Source: Naegleria gruberi
Lineage: Eukaryota
Length of the DNA: 64,000 nucleotides
Assembly: GCA_000004985.1 (NCBI GenBank)
Contig: GG738916.1
Reading direction: 5' to 3' (one strand)
The position numbers and the translations under genes were made by a program. The notes beneath the pieces are model-generated. The model saw only the letters and a program-made list of their open reading frames with translations, did no database searches and was not told the origin of the DNA. Below, piece by piece: positions 54,149-64,000 of this stretch (the stretch's first letter is position 1; every line of letters begins with the position of its first letter).

Positions 54149-56305
54149 ATGAAATACTTAGTTCATCTATTGTTTCTAATAGTTTTGTTGCTTTCACTTG
54201 TTCGGTCAACTTGTTGTGTGGAAAGTAATGGGACTATGACTTCTATTCAAAGCTATTATAATCAAATAGATCCTTCATATACTGTTGTCTATCCTTCATC
54301 ATTTATCAAGGCAATCATGTGGAAGGATAATCCCAATCTCGTTTCATATAATTTAACAGACAAGAATAGTATTCTAAACATGCTAAAACAACATGCTATT
54401 ACACAAACTCTTCAAATAGGATTTGTTTCCTACGGTTTCGAAGGTAGTAATACCAAACAATTCTTAAAAGACTTCTTAACATTTCATCAACTGGAAAGTG
54501 TTGCTCCATTCATTTCACATAGATACTTTTTCCATGGTACATGTCAACCCAATTTATTTGATCTATTTGATGTCATCTTGATAAGTAGTGAATTATTTCC
54601 TTTGGCAATACGGTCTCATCGAAGTGGAAATAGAAAACATGGACTGTATTCAGCAAGTGACTTTGTGTCAGTTTATTTAGAACCATTTAGAGTATTTCAA
54701 TCTTCCTCTGGTGTTGCTTTGAATTTTCGTAATCATTCCCACGAAATATTCTGTAATGAAACTATTCCTTTAAACAGTATTTTGATAGCATATGAAGGGG
54801 AAATTGAAAGCTACTTTCGAATATTGAATGGTGAAAACAACACACTGTTTTCAGAAAGTGAAGTATTGTTTCTGAATCGTTTCAATTCTTTTGCAGTTCC
54901 ATATTTAATTTCTCAAAATATTTCAAATCAATTGAAAGAGAGCATTGTGAATTTCTATAATATTTCACCAAATTCCACTTATTTGTCTTTCCTTTTTCCT
55001 GAATGTACCGTCTGTCAAAAAGATTTTTGCGAAGATTTTTTTATTGAAGATTATTGGTTTATTCCAGTAGCAGTGCTAACAATCTTTCATTATCTTGTAT
55101 TATTCATTTCTGGAGCGTTTAAAAGTCCAGCTTTGAAAATTAGATTGTTAGTTCCATATTTGTTGCCTTTGGGATCTCTCTATTTTGAAACACAATACAG
55201 TCCTATGATAGCCAATGTTTGTCCATTTGTTAGAATTATATTTGTAGGGTATATAATTACATGGTTCACTATTACATATGGATTTACAATTTTCAGATTT
55301 TACTATTTGAGAAACTTATATCATATTATCTCAATTAAGAATGTGGAATCAACAAATAAGAAAATAGCCTTTCAAAGAAAGATTTCAAGACCCTTTTGGG
55401 GTATTTTATTGACTGTAGGAATGGCTTTGATTGCTACTTTAATTCTGGGTTCTCCTTTTCTTGTTATTGTTGATACTTCAATTTCAGCTGAATTTGGTTT
55501 TTTATCAAATCTATTATATGCAATAGTTATTGGAATAGGTTGTGTAATTGGTGGAATTGCCATCATTATTGACGTGATTTTTAATAGAAAAATATTGAAA
55601 GAGAAGGGACTGAATTATTATCTCTTTTTTGATGATCCATTCTTGATTCGTTTAGAATTATTCACTCTTTCCTTAACAATTATATTCATGGTAATTTGCT
55701 ATTTTGGAAACTATTATATCTTCAAGGTTTCCATATTAATAATCTATTGTTTGGTAATTATGAGCTCTGGCTTTCTAGCAAGTTTCAAACACATATTGAC
55801 CAAGTTCATGAATAGAAAGAAGAAAGAGATCTCAAATTTGGAAATTTATTTGAACAATGATTCTTTTAAACACATGTTAAGAGAATATTGTATTAAGGAA
55901 ATGTCACTTGAAAATTACAAATGTTACATGAGTTTGGAACAATTTAAAATGAAGAAAGACAAAGTGATTGATTTGGAATTAATGAAACAATTCGAAACGG
56001 ATTACATTTCGTTAAATTCAATTTATGAAGTCAATATTCCATCAAATGTGAGAAAATCATTTTATGAATTGATGAAACAAGTGGAAAGTTCGCATTCTCA
56101 ATTGTGTGAAATGGCTGAGGATGGAAATGATTTCCAACAAGCAACAAATTCTCAAAACATGCCAATCTATTCGAATCTTATAGAACTATTGAGTGTTCAT
56201 TTACTTACAAATTTGGGAGATACTCTTTCAAGATTAGAAACAACAAAAGAATATAAAGTTTGGCAACAACTTTATGAGATTCAATCCAAATCTGCTGTTA
56301 TTTAA
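54149..56305 (+). CDS. 7TM receptor with C-terminal RGS domain (7TM-RGS), paralog 2
   Basis: Same architecture as 27126..29312. Shared blocks: CxxCxxxxC before TM1, FISGAFKS, KEKGLNYYLFFDDPFLIRLEL (paralog 1: KEKGFLKFLFFDDPYLVRLEL). C-terminal RGS-like MLREYCIKEMSLENYKCYMSLEQFK. Start taken at the ATG at 54149. Confidence 0.65.
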   Translation: MKYLVHLLFLIVLLLSLVRSTCCVESNGTMTSIQSYYNQIDPSYTVVYPSSFIKAIMWKDNPNLVSYNLTDKNSILNMLKQHAITQTLQIGFVSYGFEGSNTKQFLKDFLTFHQLESVAPFISHRYFFHGTCQPNLFDLFDVILISSELFPLAIRSHRSGNRKHGLYSASDFVSVYLEPFRVFQSSSGVALNFRNHSHEIFCNETIPLNSILIAYEGEIESYFRILNGENNTLFSESEVLFLNRFNSFAVPYLISQNISNQLKESIVNFYNISPNSTYLSFLFPECTVCQKDFCEDFFIEDYWFIPVAVLTIFHYLVLFISGAFKSPALKIRLLVPYLLPLGSLYFETQYSPMIANVCPFVRIIFVGYIITWFTITYGFTIFRFYYLRNLYHIISIKNVESTNKKIAFQRKISRPFWGILLTVGMALIATLILGSPFLVIVDTSISAEFGFLSNLLYAIVIGIGCVIGGIAIIIDVIFNRKILKEKGLNYYLFFDDPFLIRLELFTLSLTIIFMVICYFGNYYIFKVSILIIYCLVIMSSGFLASFKHILTKFMNRKKKEISNLEIYLNNDSFKHMLREYCIKEMSLENYKCYMSLEQFKMKKDKVIDLELMKQFETDYISLNSIYEVNIPSNVRKSFYELMKQVESSHSQLCEMAEDGNDFQQATNSQNMPIYSNLIELLSVHLLTNLGDTLSRLETTKEYKVWQQLYEIQSKSAVI

Positions 56306-56350
56306 TTCAAAATAAACTGTATTATGGCCTTTCACTATATTTATTATATA

Positions 56351-56538
56351 CAACACCACCCCAGCTTGTAAACAACAATTAATTTCGCGTCATCATCATT
56401 AGAAGAAGAAATAATTTCATGATTGTACGGATGGTGATGATTTAAATTCCTCCGTTTTTAATATGAATAATAGACGAATTTTCACAACTGCTTCTTTTCA
56501 TTTTTTTGTAATTTATTACAATAATAAACTGCGGCCAC
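56351..56538 (+). pseudogene. Copy B of the direct repeat: degenerate 5' fragment of the DUF4116 gene (start codon retained, stop after ~19 codons)
   Basis: Minus-strand reading gives MKRSSCENSSIIHIKNGGI*, against MKRSCFENSYSS... in the intact gene. Confidence 0.65.
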
Positions 56539-56647
56539 TATATAAGAATACAATAATATTAATAGATTCCGTGATGAGGAAAATTATATTGATGATGATC
56601 ATCATGAAATTCTAAAAAAAAATATATTAAGGCACAAATATTTTTAT

Positions 56648-57976
56648 ATGAGTAGTTGTACTAAGAGCAGCAACAGCAGCGAGAATCAAATGATTGTCTA
56701 TGCAAAGATTAAAAAGAATAAGCACTTGAATAAGGCATGTACAAGAACAGATCCGGAAAAAGTAGAAGAGGTGATGAAGAATTTTGCCTCAATTCTCTCC
56801 GATCCTCAATTATTGAAAAAGGAGTACTTTCAGACAGATTGGGCACAGAGTGTTATTAATGCCATTCAGGACTATTCAAAGATGTGCCTCTCACCTTGTA
56901 CTAGAGGATCATCGTTGGCTATGAAAAGGAAAAAGGGAATTTTCGAGAGAATGTCATCGAGGAGTACGGAGGAAGATCAGGAACAAAAGGAGTACTACTC
57001 TATTAATTCTGTTAGTTCTATTGAATTAGACTTGGATGATGAAGAAGAGGAAGAAGAGGATGAGTTGAATACAATTGAACATTTGGAAATTCAAAAGTCG
57101 TTAATGAATAGAGACAAGTTGAGAGTCAAGATTATTGTAACAGAAATTACAGATTCTGCAGGAACTAAGGCTATTAGACAAATTCTCAGCCCTCTCTTAT
57201 CAAAAACCAAATTTTTACCTGATATGGGAATGTTTCACTCTGCAATAATGGTAGGTCCGTGGAAATTGGAATGGAACGACTCGGGTCTGTGTATTCCTAA
57301 ACAACTTGTATCAACAAATGCCTTAATTGCGTGCGACCTTACTGAAGACATGACTCTCACTGGATCGAATATAGATGAAATTGCTGGAAATCTTGTTGAT
57401 ATTATTATCAAGTGGAATACCACTGTAGAATATGAGAGTGTTGGAGGAGATGGAGTGAAAAGTGGAAACTGTCAACAATTTGTGGATGCTGTTTTAGAAA
57501 CTATTGGAATTAATAAGAGTAATATTTATAAAGGAGCTATGGGAAGTTATTTTGAAAGATTAAAAAAGAAAGGAAAGGGAAATATGAAATTTGTACTGGA
57601 GGAAGGTAAGTTTATTGAAACAATGAAAGTTTATCTGTGTTGTATCTTCGTTTTAGAATTTAAAAAGAGGTTTAACATTCCAACGACTCAAAAATCTGTT
57701 AAATTTAAAACTCACTGTGAATTGGATCAGTTTGTTTTACAGCTTTTAGATATTGATCCATTGGCAGATAAAAATTACCCAAATGAATTCAAATTACTGA
57801 AATCATTTGATCGTGCCTTTTGGTTGAGACACTTGTCAGGTAAAAAATCAATGGCTGATCCAAGGTGGCAACCCTATCGTGAAGAGGAACCATCTTTTGA
57901 TGGAGTTGCACTGGTATTGAAATGTCATTTTGGAGATCCAAGAGAAAGGTTCTCATTTGTATATGAATCAAAATAA
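56648..57976 (+). CDS. Hypothetical protein (442 aa) with an acidic stretch (DLDDEEEEEEDELN)
   Basis: ATG-initiated ORF; no confident domain. Confidence 0.4.
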   Translation: MSSCTKSSNSSENQMIVYAKIKKNKHLNKACTRTDPEKVEEVMKNFASILSDPQLLKKEYFQTDWAQSVINAIQDYSKMCLSPCTRGSSLAMKRKKGIFERMSSRSTEEDQEQKEYYSINSVSSIELDLDDEEEEEEDELNTIEHLEIQKSLMNRDKLRVKIIVTEITDSAGTKAIRQILSPLLSKTKFLPDMGMFHSAIMVGPWKLEWNDSGLCIPKQLVSTNALIACDLTEDMTLTGSNIDEIAGNLVDIIIKWNTTVEYESVGGDGVKSGNCQQFVDAVLETIGINKSNIYKGAMGSYFERLKKKGKGNMKFVLEEGKFIETMKVYLCCIFVLEFKKRFNIPTTQKSVKFKTHCELDQFVLQLLDIDPLADKNYPNEFKLLKSFDRAFWLRHLSGKKSMADPRWQPYREEEPSFDGVALVLKCHFGDPRERFSFVYESK

Positions 57977-58042
57977 AAACCAAATCTAACCTGGTCAAAA
58001 GAGATACAAATTTTTAGGTTTTTAATAAATTACACTAGCATA

Positions 58043-59040
58043 TTATTCTATTTTTTTCATTTCTCTTAATATTGGAACTTCAGATGTGGGAATGTTGATT
58101 ACTTCTATAAGAGGAAGAGTTGGAACGGCAGGAGCCTTATTCTCTGATCCAAAGCCCATAAATGTGAGAAGAGAGGTAGTATTAGATGCAGTGAAACCGG
58201 CAATACATTTGTTAGTAGAACCCTTGATACAGAAATACTTGGCAATTTGCCACCCAATAATTAAAAGAACCATAGCAATAATTACAATAATAAAGATAAT
58301 GACAACAGCCTTATCACATGCAGTACCTCTCATAAAGGCATTAAGTTCCTTCTTGGCTCTCTTTAAACCATCACCAAGATCATCCAAATCCTTTTGAATT
58401 GCATTCATTCTTTCAGTTTGTTGTCTAAGTTTTTCGGCAGCTGCAGCACCAACTTGAATCATTTCATCACCCATCTTGATCATATTGTTAAGCATGTCAT
58501 TATTCTTATCATAAATATCGAGTACCTCATCAACTCTAGAGTGACCTTTTTGCATTTGTTTTGGTCCTGAACCGCCTCCATTATCATCATCATCAAGATT
58601 GGTAATTTGAATTTCATCATGATCATCATTCCTCTTTGGTTGATTCTTTGTACCAGAACTTTTACCAGCTGATGGAACATCATTAGTTGATCCAGATGTC
58701 TTTGTTGGCTTTCTATTACCTGAAGAACTTGTTGTTGAATTAGCAGGTGAAGCACTTCCAGCAGCAGGTTCTCTATTTTCCTTGATTTGAGTCAAATCAG
58801 CATAATTCTTAGATACGGATTGTTCCAGCTTTTTCAATTCTTGTTGGAAAGTCCTCTTCTTATTTCCTGTATAATCATTCAAATCATCCTTTGCGAAGGA
58901 AATATTTTCCTTTGCTCCTTTATAGGCTGACTCTGCTTTTTTAATTAGAGTATCACGTTGTTCCTTTGATGAAGCCTTGGAAAGATTATAGACGGCATCA
59001 CGTAAGAGTTTGTCCTTCTCTTTGATTTCCTATTATTTTT
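58043..59040 (-). CDS. SNARE-domain protein with C-terminal transmembrane anchor. The ORF 58043..58882 extends in frame upstream to ~59040; a possible first exon with ATG lies at 59352.
   Basis: Heptad SNARE-like segment EKLRQQTERMNAIQKDLDDLGDGLKRAKKELNAF followed by TM VVIIFIIVIIAMVLLIIGWQI. The ORF-track start is a TTG. The upstream in-frame EIKEKDKLLRDAVYNLSKASSKEQRDTLIKKAESAYKGAKENISFAKDDL is preceded by an acceptor-like ataatag. Confidence 0.5.
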
Positions 59041-59537
59041 TTGTTGTTGTATTTTAAATTTTACAAGTATTTGTTGTTGTTGTTGTTTTGTTATTAATGT
59101 TCATCATCAAATGTATCATCACGGAATGAATAATAAAATTCGTATGATGAAAATAAAAAATTAAAAAATCGTGATGAGCGGGAGTTTCAATTACCGAAAA
59201 GCAGTTAGTGATTTTGGCGGCAAAAAGAAATAGTTTGTGGTCGTATTAGAAAGTTTGTTGTTGTTGTTTGTGTGATGATGAAGAAAACCTACATCAAAGT
59301 AAACTTGAATACCATCTTCGGCTTCGTCAATACTCAAGCTGTCGTCACTCATATTTTTTTCTGTTTATTTTTCCATCAGACAACTGACGTTTCTAACGTT
59401 CAATGTTTTAGAAATTGAAAGGAAGCCGAAAACAAGTGCTATCTCCTATTATCGCAATGGATTTTTTACAAATTTAATACAATTTAATACAATTTACAAC
59501 AGTAAATATTTAAAGATTATTTAAATATTTAAAAAAA

Positions 59538-61016
59538 ATGCAAGAAGAAGAATCGGAGGATGGCTTTTCATTGTATGAATTCTACATGAATCACAATAAA
59601 AAATCAAAAATTGCTGTTGAGGGAGTGAATAGAAAACCAAAGGAAGATTTTTGCTTTTGGAATAAACTTTGTTCCGATGTTGAAGATGTTTTTGATGAAG
59701 AAACAGGCTTTGCAACTCAACCCGAGAGGAGAATTGGTCATTCTGCTGTTTATTTGGCTGGAACTGATGGTAGGTTGATCAATTATTGAAAGAATATATT
59801 TGGAAATATTGTAAATATATTATTATTTACTGTAAATATATTGAATGGAAAATGATTTAAAAAAGAAATTTATATTTTTGGCGGAAGAGAATCTGAAGAT
59901 TTGTGTGATATGTGGAGTTTTCATATTCCTACGAGAGAGTGGACTGAATTTTATGCAAAGAGTCGAACAGAATGTTGGCCTTCCCCAATGTTTGATCATA
60001 CTGCAGTTTCGATTAGTTTATCCAGAAAGAGATTTGAAAAATTCTTGATGAGATATCCAGAAATTGGAAAATTGAGTGATTTGCAACAAGATGAAAACTG
60101 CTTTCCTTTTGTCGAAAAATTCTATAATCAAATGTACATATTTGGAGGGTACAATTCGAGCAAACACTTTTCCAATGATTTGTATTGTTATGATTTTACA
60201 TTTAAGAAATTTATCAAGATTGAGTATACTGGGAAGGAATCTGAAATGATTATGGAACGATCCAGACATTGCATGGTTTCAGTTAAGGATCAATATTTGT
60301 ACATTATTGGTGGAATGACTGACAAATCCAAAACATTGATGGATGTTTGGGAGTATGATATTGATAGAAATGTAATGAAATGCCTATCAAAACATTCAGA
60401 TCAATATTCTGAATCATTTCCCAACTCGAGAACTTATCACTCGTGTGTTTATTCAAAACTTAATCATTCCATTTACATGTTCGGAGGAATTAGAAATAAT
60501 GAAGCATTCCAAGATTTGTGGAGATTTGATTTGAGAGCTTTGCAATGGTTTCCCATAGATAACATGAAAGGTTTCGTTCCAGTGGAGAGGTTTAGACATA
60601 ATTGTTTTATTCCCAATGAGGAATCTGGATATTTCTTTGTGTATGGAGGTTACAATTTCAGACATTCATTTCTGGATTACATTTATCAATTTGATTTTTC
60701 AACATTGGAATGGACACGTTTACAGAATAGGAATTATACACAAGGTGGAGATTTTCAAAGTAAGGGATCTTTAATGTTTGTGGATTATGATGAAATTCCC
60801 TGTGCAAGATCAGGCATGACCAGTATCATTACAAAGTCTGGAGATTTGATAATATTTGGAGGCAAATCAGTGACTTGCTTGAATGACATGTTTTCATGTC
60901 GATTGCCAGGTTATTCCAAACTCAGAGCAGGAAGGCACAATTTACTCATGGAAAAGATGTATCAAAAATTGCATTCTGCTGATTCATTTGTGGACATTAC
61001 TTTTCAAATGAATTGA
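59538..61016 (+). CDS. Kelch-repeat beta-propeller protein; 2 exons 59538..59769 and 59866..61016 (96-nt intron)
   Basis: Kelch blades: RIGHSAVYLAGTDG|E-IYIFGG, LYIIGGMTDKSKTLMDVWEYD, IYMFGGIRNNEAFQDLWRFD, FFVYGGYNFRHSFLDYIYQFD. Intron gtaggttg...aaaaag joins the frames (phase 1) exactly within a kelch motif. Confidence 0.7.
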
Positions 61017-61339
61017 AATATAATACAAATAGCTTGCAAGCCATTCAAACTTGCGGAAAACAATCTTGGCAAGATCAATAAGCGAAATCTCCTCATATAT
61101 ATTGAAAAGATGCATTCGGGTTTGATCGAAACGCTCATAAGATTACGGTTATCTAGATTAGTACATCAATACCAAAGTTATTAGATACCGTAGTGTACTG
61201 TAAAAATCCTTTGAGATGCAATCCACGCTCTCTGTGGTATTTAATATCAACAACATCAGCTGATGCCATTATTAAGCAATAAGCAGGCGCACTGCTTGCA
61301 TCTCAACAACAACAACTGTAGTGTGATAGTAACAAAAAA

Positions 61340-62332
61340 ATGTATAGACAACAACCAAGCAGCAGCAAATTAACCTCAATTATTGGACTATTCATTGCGG
61401 TCTTTTCAATCCTTAGCATGCTTGCTACTTCGCCAATTTATGCAGCAGCAACGACATGTACTGATTCGTCTGATTGCACGGTTAGATCATGGCTTGCATC
61501 ACTGCAGGCAGAGGCATCATTATTGGATTGTGCTAGTGTGAAATTGCAAAAATCCATCACTGTGTTGAATGCCACGGCTAATGCCAACACAACTGACATG
61601 TTAACAATAATTAACAAGAGAGTGGTACAACTTAACAAACTCAAGTCAGCAATTTATTCGCTATCACTCGAAATTCAAGCTATCAATTCAACATGTACCA
61701 AGTTTGATGGACCAGATTGTAATCTTACTAAGGCAGCTACTACTACTACTACCACCACAACAACACCAAGTCCATTCTCCACTGCCGCGTTATTAAGCAT
61801 GGGTGATATGGCCAATTCCACAATTTTGAACATGACCCAAGCTGATAGATTTGTCAGGGAAATTGTAAATGGAACTTCATCGACTATTGCATTAAAATTG
61901 ATTTATAGGGGAAGTAGAGATGGCCTGTCAGTGGCTAGCTTCCATGCCAAATGTGATAATAAGGGAGCTACAGTAACTCTTATCAAATCAACTTCAGGAG
62001 CTGTGTTTGGAGGTTATACTTCATTGAGTTGGCGTTCAGAGGCCTCACTCACTGCTAATGCAGATGCTTCTGCCTTTATGTTTAGCGTCATTTCTGCGAC
62101 GAAAGAAGAACGTTTCGTTAAGGTTCTTCAGAATGCCAACAAGGCCTATGCCATGTACAATTATGTGACTTATGGTCCGACTTTTGGAGGAGGACACGAC
62201 ATGTGTGTAAAATTTAATACTTTAAGTTACTTTAATCCTAACACTTATGGTTATGGTATAATTACCAATGATTACTATTCGGGTGGACAATATTTCACAG
62301 AAGCAGAAATTGAAATTTACACAATTCAATAA
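61340..62332 (+). CDS. TLDc-domain protein with N-terminal signal/anchor and Thr-rich linker
   Basis: LIYRGSRDGLSVASFHAKCDNKGATVTLIKSTSGAVFGGYTSLSW resembles the TLDc core (L.YR.SRDG.S...FH..CD..GPT..LIK...G..FG.YT...W). Confidence 0.5.
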   Translation: MYRQQPSSSKLTSIIGLFIAVFSILSMLATSPIYAAATTCTDSSDCTVRSWLASLQAEASLLDCASVKLQKSITVLNATANANTTDMLTIINKRVVQLNKLKSAIYSLSLEIQAINSTCTKFDGPDCNLTKAATTTTTTTTTPSPFSTAALLSMGDMANSTILNMTQADRFVREIVNGTSSTIALKLIYRGSRDGLSVASFHAKCDNKGATVTLIKSTSGAVFGGYTSLSWRSEASLTANADASAFMFSVISATKEERFVKVLQNANKAYAMYNYVTYGPTFGGGHDMCVKFNTLSYFNPNTYGYGIITNDYYSGGQYFTEAEIEIYTIQ

Positions 62333-62570
62333 AATCATAAAATCTGAATTTACAGAAATGAACTATTGAAGCAAAATAAAGGACGTTGTTTATAATGAAC
62401 AAATTTGAAAGGGTTGGTTTATTCGTCATCACGCCATCTCATTCCTTTGTTTTAAACAAGTTGTTAAAAGGAAATACATTCATGGTTACTAACCAATTCA
62501 ATAGATGTATCATTAGGAACTTCACAATATTTATTTTGCTGAATACGCTCACTATATAGAAAATACATGA

Positions 62571-63927
62571 CTATTCCATTTCGGCACTCTTTTTCAATTT
62601 ACCAAGAGCAGTCGAAATTAAATCCAAATTATTTTGAACAGTCTTGGTGAGGGCAATCAATTTGGCTTCACTATCCAAGACGTCAACTGTATTGGTATAT
62701 GGATTATACTTGACAACAAATTCCTTTTCCAAATTATTCATTGTGAAACCCTTAATGAGCTCTTTACAAGATTCTAAACTATCTACAACATAATACATTG
62801 GTTGGTAGTGAGTAATTGGATAGGATCTCTCAGCTGCCTCTGTCGGAACAAAGTTTCTATACTCTGGTGGAGGTACCTTACCATTTCTATCCTTTCCAGT
62901 GCAACTGAATTCCAATTCACCAAAAGAACTCAACAAGCCAGCTCCATAAGCTTTCAATTCATTATTCTCTTTCACCAAGCCAAATTCTAAACAGTACCAA
63001 TACAATCTAACGAGTCTATCAATGTCAGCATCTGAGGCACCCAGAGAGGCAAGACCAATTTGTTGGGAGAATTCAGCAAAATCTGGATCTGCCAACATGA
63101 TTGAATGTCCCAACAATTCATGAACTACATCAGGTTCTGGTGTGTAAAATGGAGAACTGTGATGTCTAATATATTGTGTGCTGTGAAAAACTCTAAAGGC
63201 CAATCCATTCAAGAAATCTCTAGCCGACAACAAGCCAGCAACTGGACGATATCTGAAACCAGTGACTTCTACAAGGAAATCATTGACATCTTGCAATTGA
63301 GGAATATTTTCAGCTCTAAATCCACAATTTTCCTGGAATAACGGAAACAAGTAATTGTACTGTTCACAGGCATACTTTGGATAGAGTTCTGTCAATTTTT
63401 CATAAACTACCTTCCATGTATTATTCTCATTTTGTGTGTATTGGATTCTTGGAATTGGTTCTCCGTGTTTGTAATTAATGGCAATGTCAGAAATCATTTT
63501 TCTACGATCTCTATATTCTTTATCATGGAAACCTGGATGATCACTTTCTAAATCACCTCCAGCTTCAAGTGTTTGTCTATATAATTGGTCAATATTTCCA
63601 AAAAATTCAACAAGAAACAAACCTTGTGAAAAAATCAATATCCGAAATCTTTCTTGGAAACCAAGGCAATTCCTCCCCACCAAGGAATTTCACCTTCTCT
63701 GCCTTTCCATTCTCAATCATATCCTTAATGGCACTATCAACATCCTCTTTACTTGCCTGTTCATCAATATCTACGTGGAAATTAAACACACGTGTGGAAA
63801 TCTTGGAAGGTTTCGACTCAATCTTGGTCAAATTAATATTATGCTTGGAAAAGGTATCGAGGGATGATTTGAGAGCACCAACTCGATGTGGTAAAGTAAT
63901 TAACAAGGAACGATACTTGGAGGACAT
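62571..63927 (-). CDS. Biopterin-dependent aromatic amino-acid hydroxylase (phenylalanine-4-hydroxylase-like) with N-terminal ACT regulatory domain; 2 exons 63927..63623 and 63576..62571 (46-nt intron)
   Basis: Exon 1 carries the ACT-like region (ITLPHRVGALKSSLDTFSKHNINLTKIESKPSK). Exon 2 carries the catalytic motifs PEPDVVHELLGHSIMLADPDFAEFSQQIGLASLGASD and KAYGAGLLSSFGEL. Splicing gtttgt...tatatag gives DIDFFTRQTLEAGGDLESDHPGF, colinear with PAH [23 protein letters not shown]. Confidence 0.85.
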
Positions 63928-64000
63928 GTTTACAAAGTTTCTGCTATAATGAAATCAACTGCTGCTTGTTTTTAAAAGGGTAAAATAATGTAGTGATCGG

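Noticed and set aside
1-64000. Ciliate (Paramecium-like) origin suggested by the TTTGGG telomere unit
   Set aside because: Genes terminate at TAA, TAG and TGA, and long ORFs lack in-frame TAA/TAG. The content (FReD, UGT, PAH, A2M) and introns of 42-96 nt also do not fit Paramecium.
1-64000. Prokaryotic features (CRISPR arrays, operons, defence islands)
   Set aside because: The window has spliceosomal introns, Pol III-terminated tRNAs, a telomere array and eukaryotic protein families, with no repeat-spacer periodicity anywhere. The only prokaryote-like signal is the possible HGT ancestry of individual genes.

Overview
This is a eukaryotic nuclear window, AT-rich and gene-dense. Genes are intron-poor, with very short GT-AG introns of 42-52 nt (one ~96 nt, one possibly ~250 nt). 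TAA, TAG and TGA all act as stops, so the nuclear code is standard. The window starts inside a telomere-type array (CCCAAA)n = (TTTGGG)n at 1-311. A second array in the same orientation lies at 15719-16190, directly after a 2.5-kb N-run. Six N-runs (about 4.0, 3.8, 2.5 and 1.6 kb, plus two of exactly 50 nt) mark this as a draft scaffold; the ORF-track entries spanning them are artefacts. The ORF track also uses TTG/GTG as starts, so several true starts are internal ATGs. I can support about 30 protein genes from motifs I recognise by eye: PhoD-like phosphatase (partial, telomere-proximal); a GPS-motif multipass receptor; an RCC1-repeat protein; a Ras-like GTPase with an N-terminal F-box-like extension (3 exons); an ABCG-like transporter (gap-split); an ADF-H/GMF-like protein; a hypothetical protein; a SMYD methyltransferase; ribosomal protein eL42; two paralogous 7TM-RGS receptors; a class-IV sirtuin; a Cys-rich GPI-anchor-like secreted protein; a UDP-glycosyltransferase; a 1966-aa intronless alpha-2-macroglobulin/TEP-like protein with a CSEQ thioester-type motif; an APH/choline-kinase-like phosphotransferase 41 bp upstream of it; an F-box-LRR protein; two further hypothetical proteins (one adjacent, one later); a PQM-rich membrane protein; a fibrinogen-related-domain protein; a secreted Hsp20-like protein; a DUF4116 protein; a SNARE; a Kelch protein (2 exons); a TLDc protein; and a phenylalanine-hydroxylase-type aromatic amino-acid hydroxylase (2 exons). 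tRNA genes: Pro(UGG), Asp(GUC), Thr(UGU, with a 17-nt intron), and a second tRNA-Asp copy split in its T-loop by a ~0.3-kb insertion that includes a 50-N gap. Several metazoan-type genes (FReD, GPS-7TM, dilysine UGT, PAH) sit beside intronless, prokaryote-looking ones (CxEQ-type A2M, PhoD, APH-like). I cannot name the species from sequence alone. Nothing prokaryotic such as a CRISPR array or operon is present. No single novel system stands out. The items most worth a second look are the F-box-Ras architecture, the two telomere arrays, the split tRNA, the possible kinase-A2M fusion, the direct repeats flanking the second 7TM-RGS gene, and the possible HGT content near the telomere.
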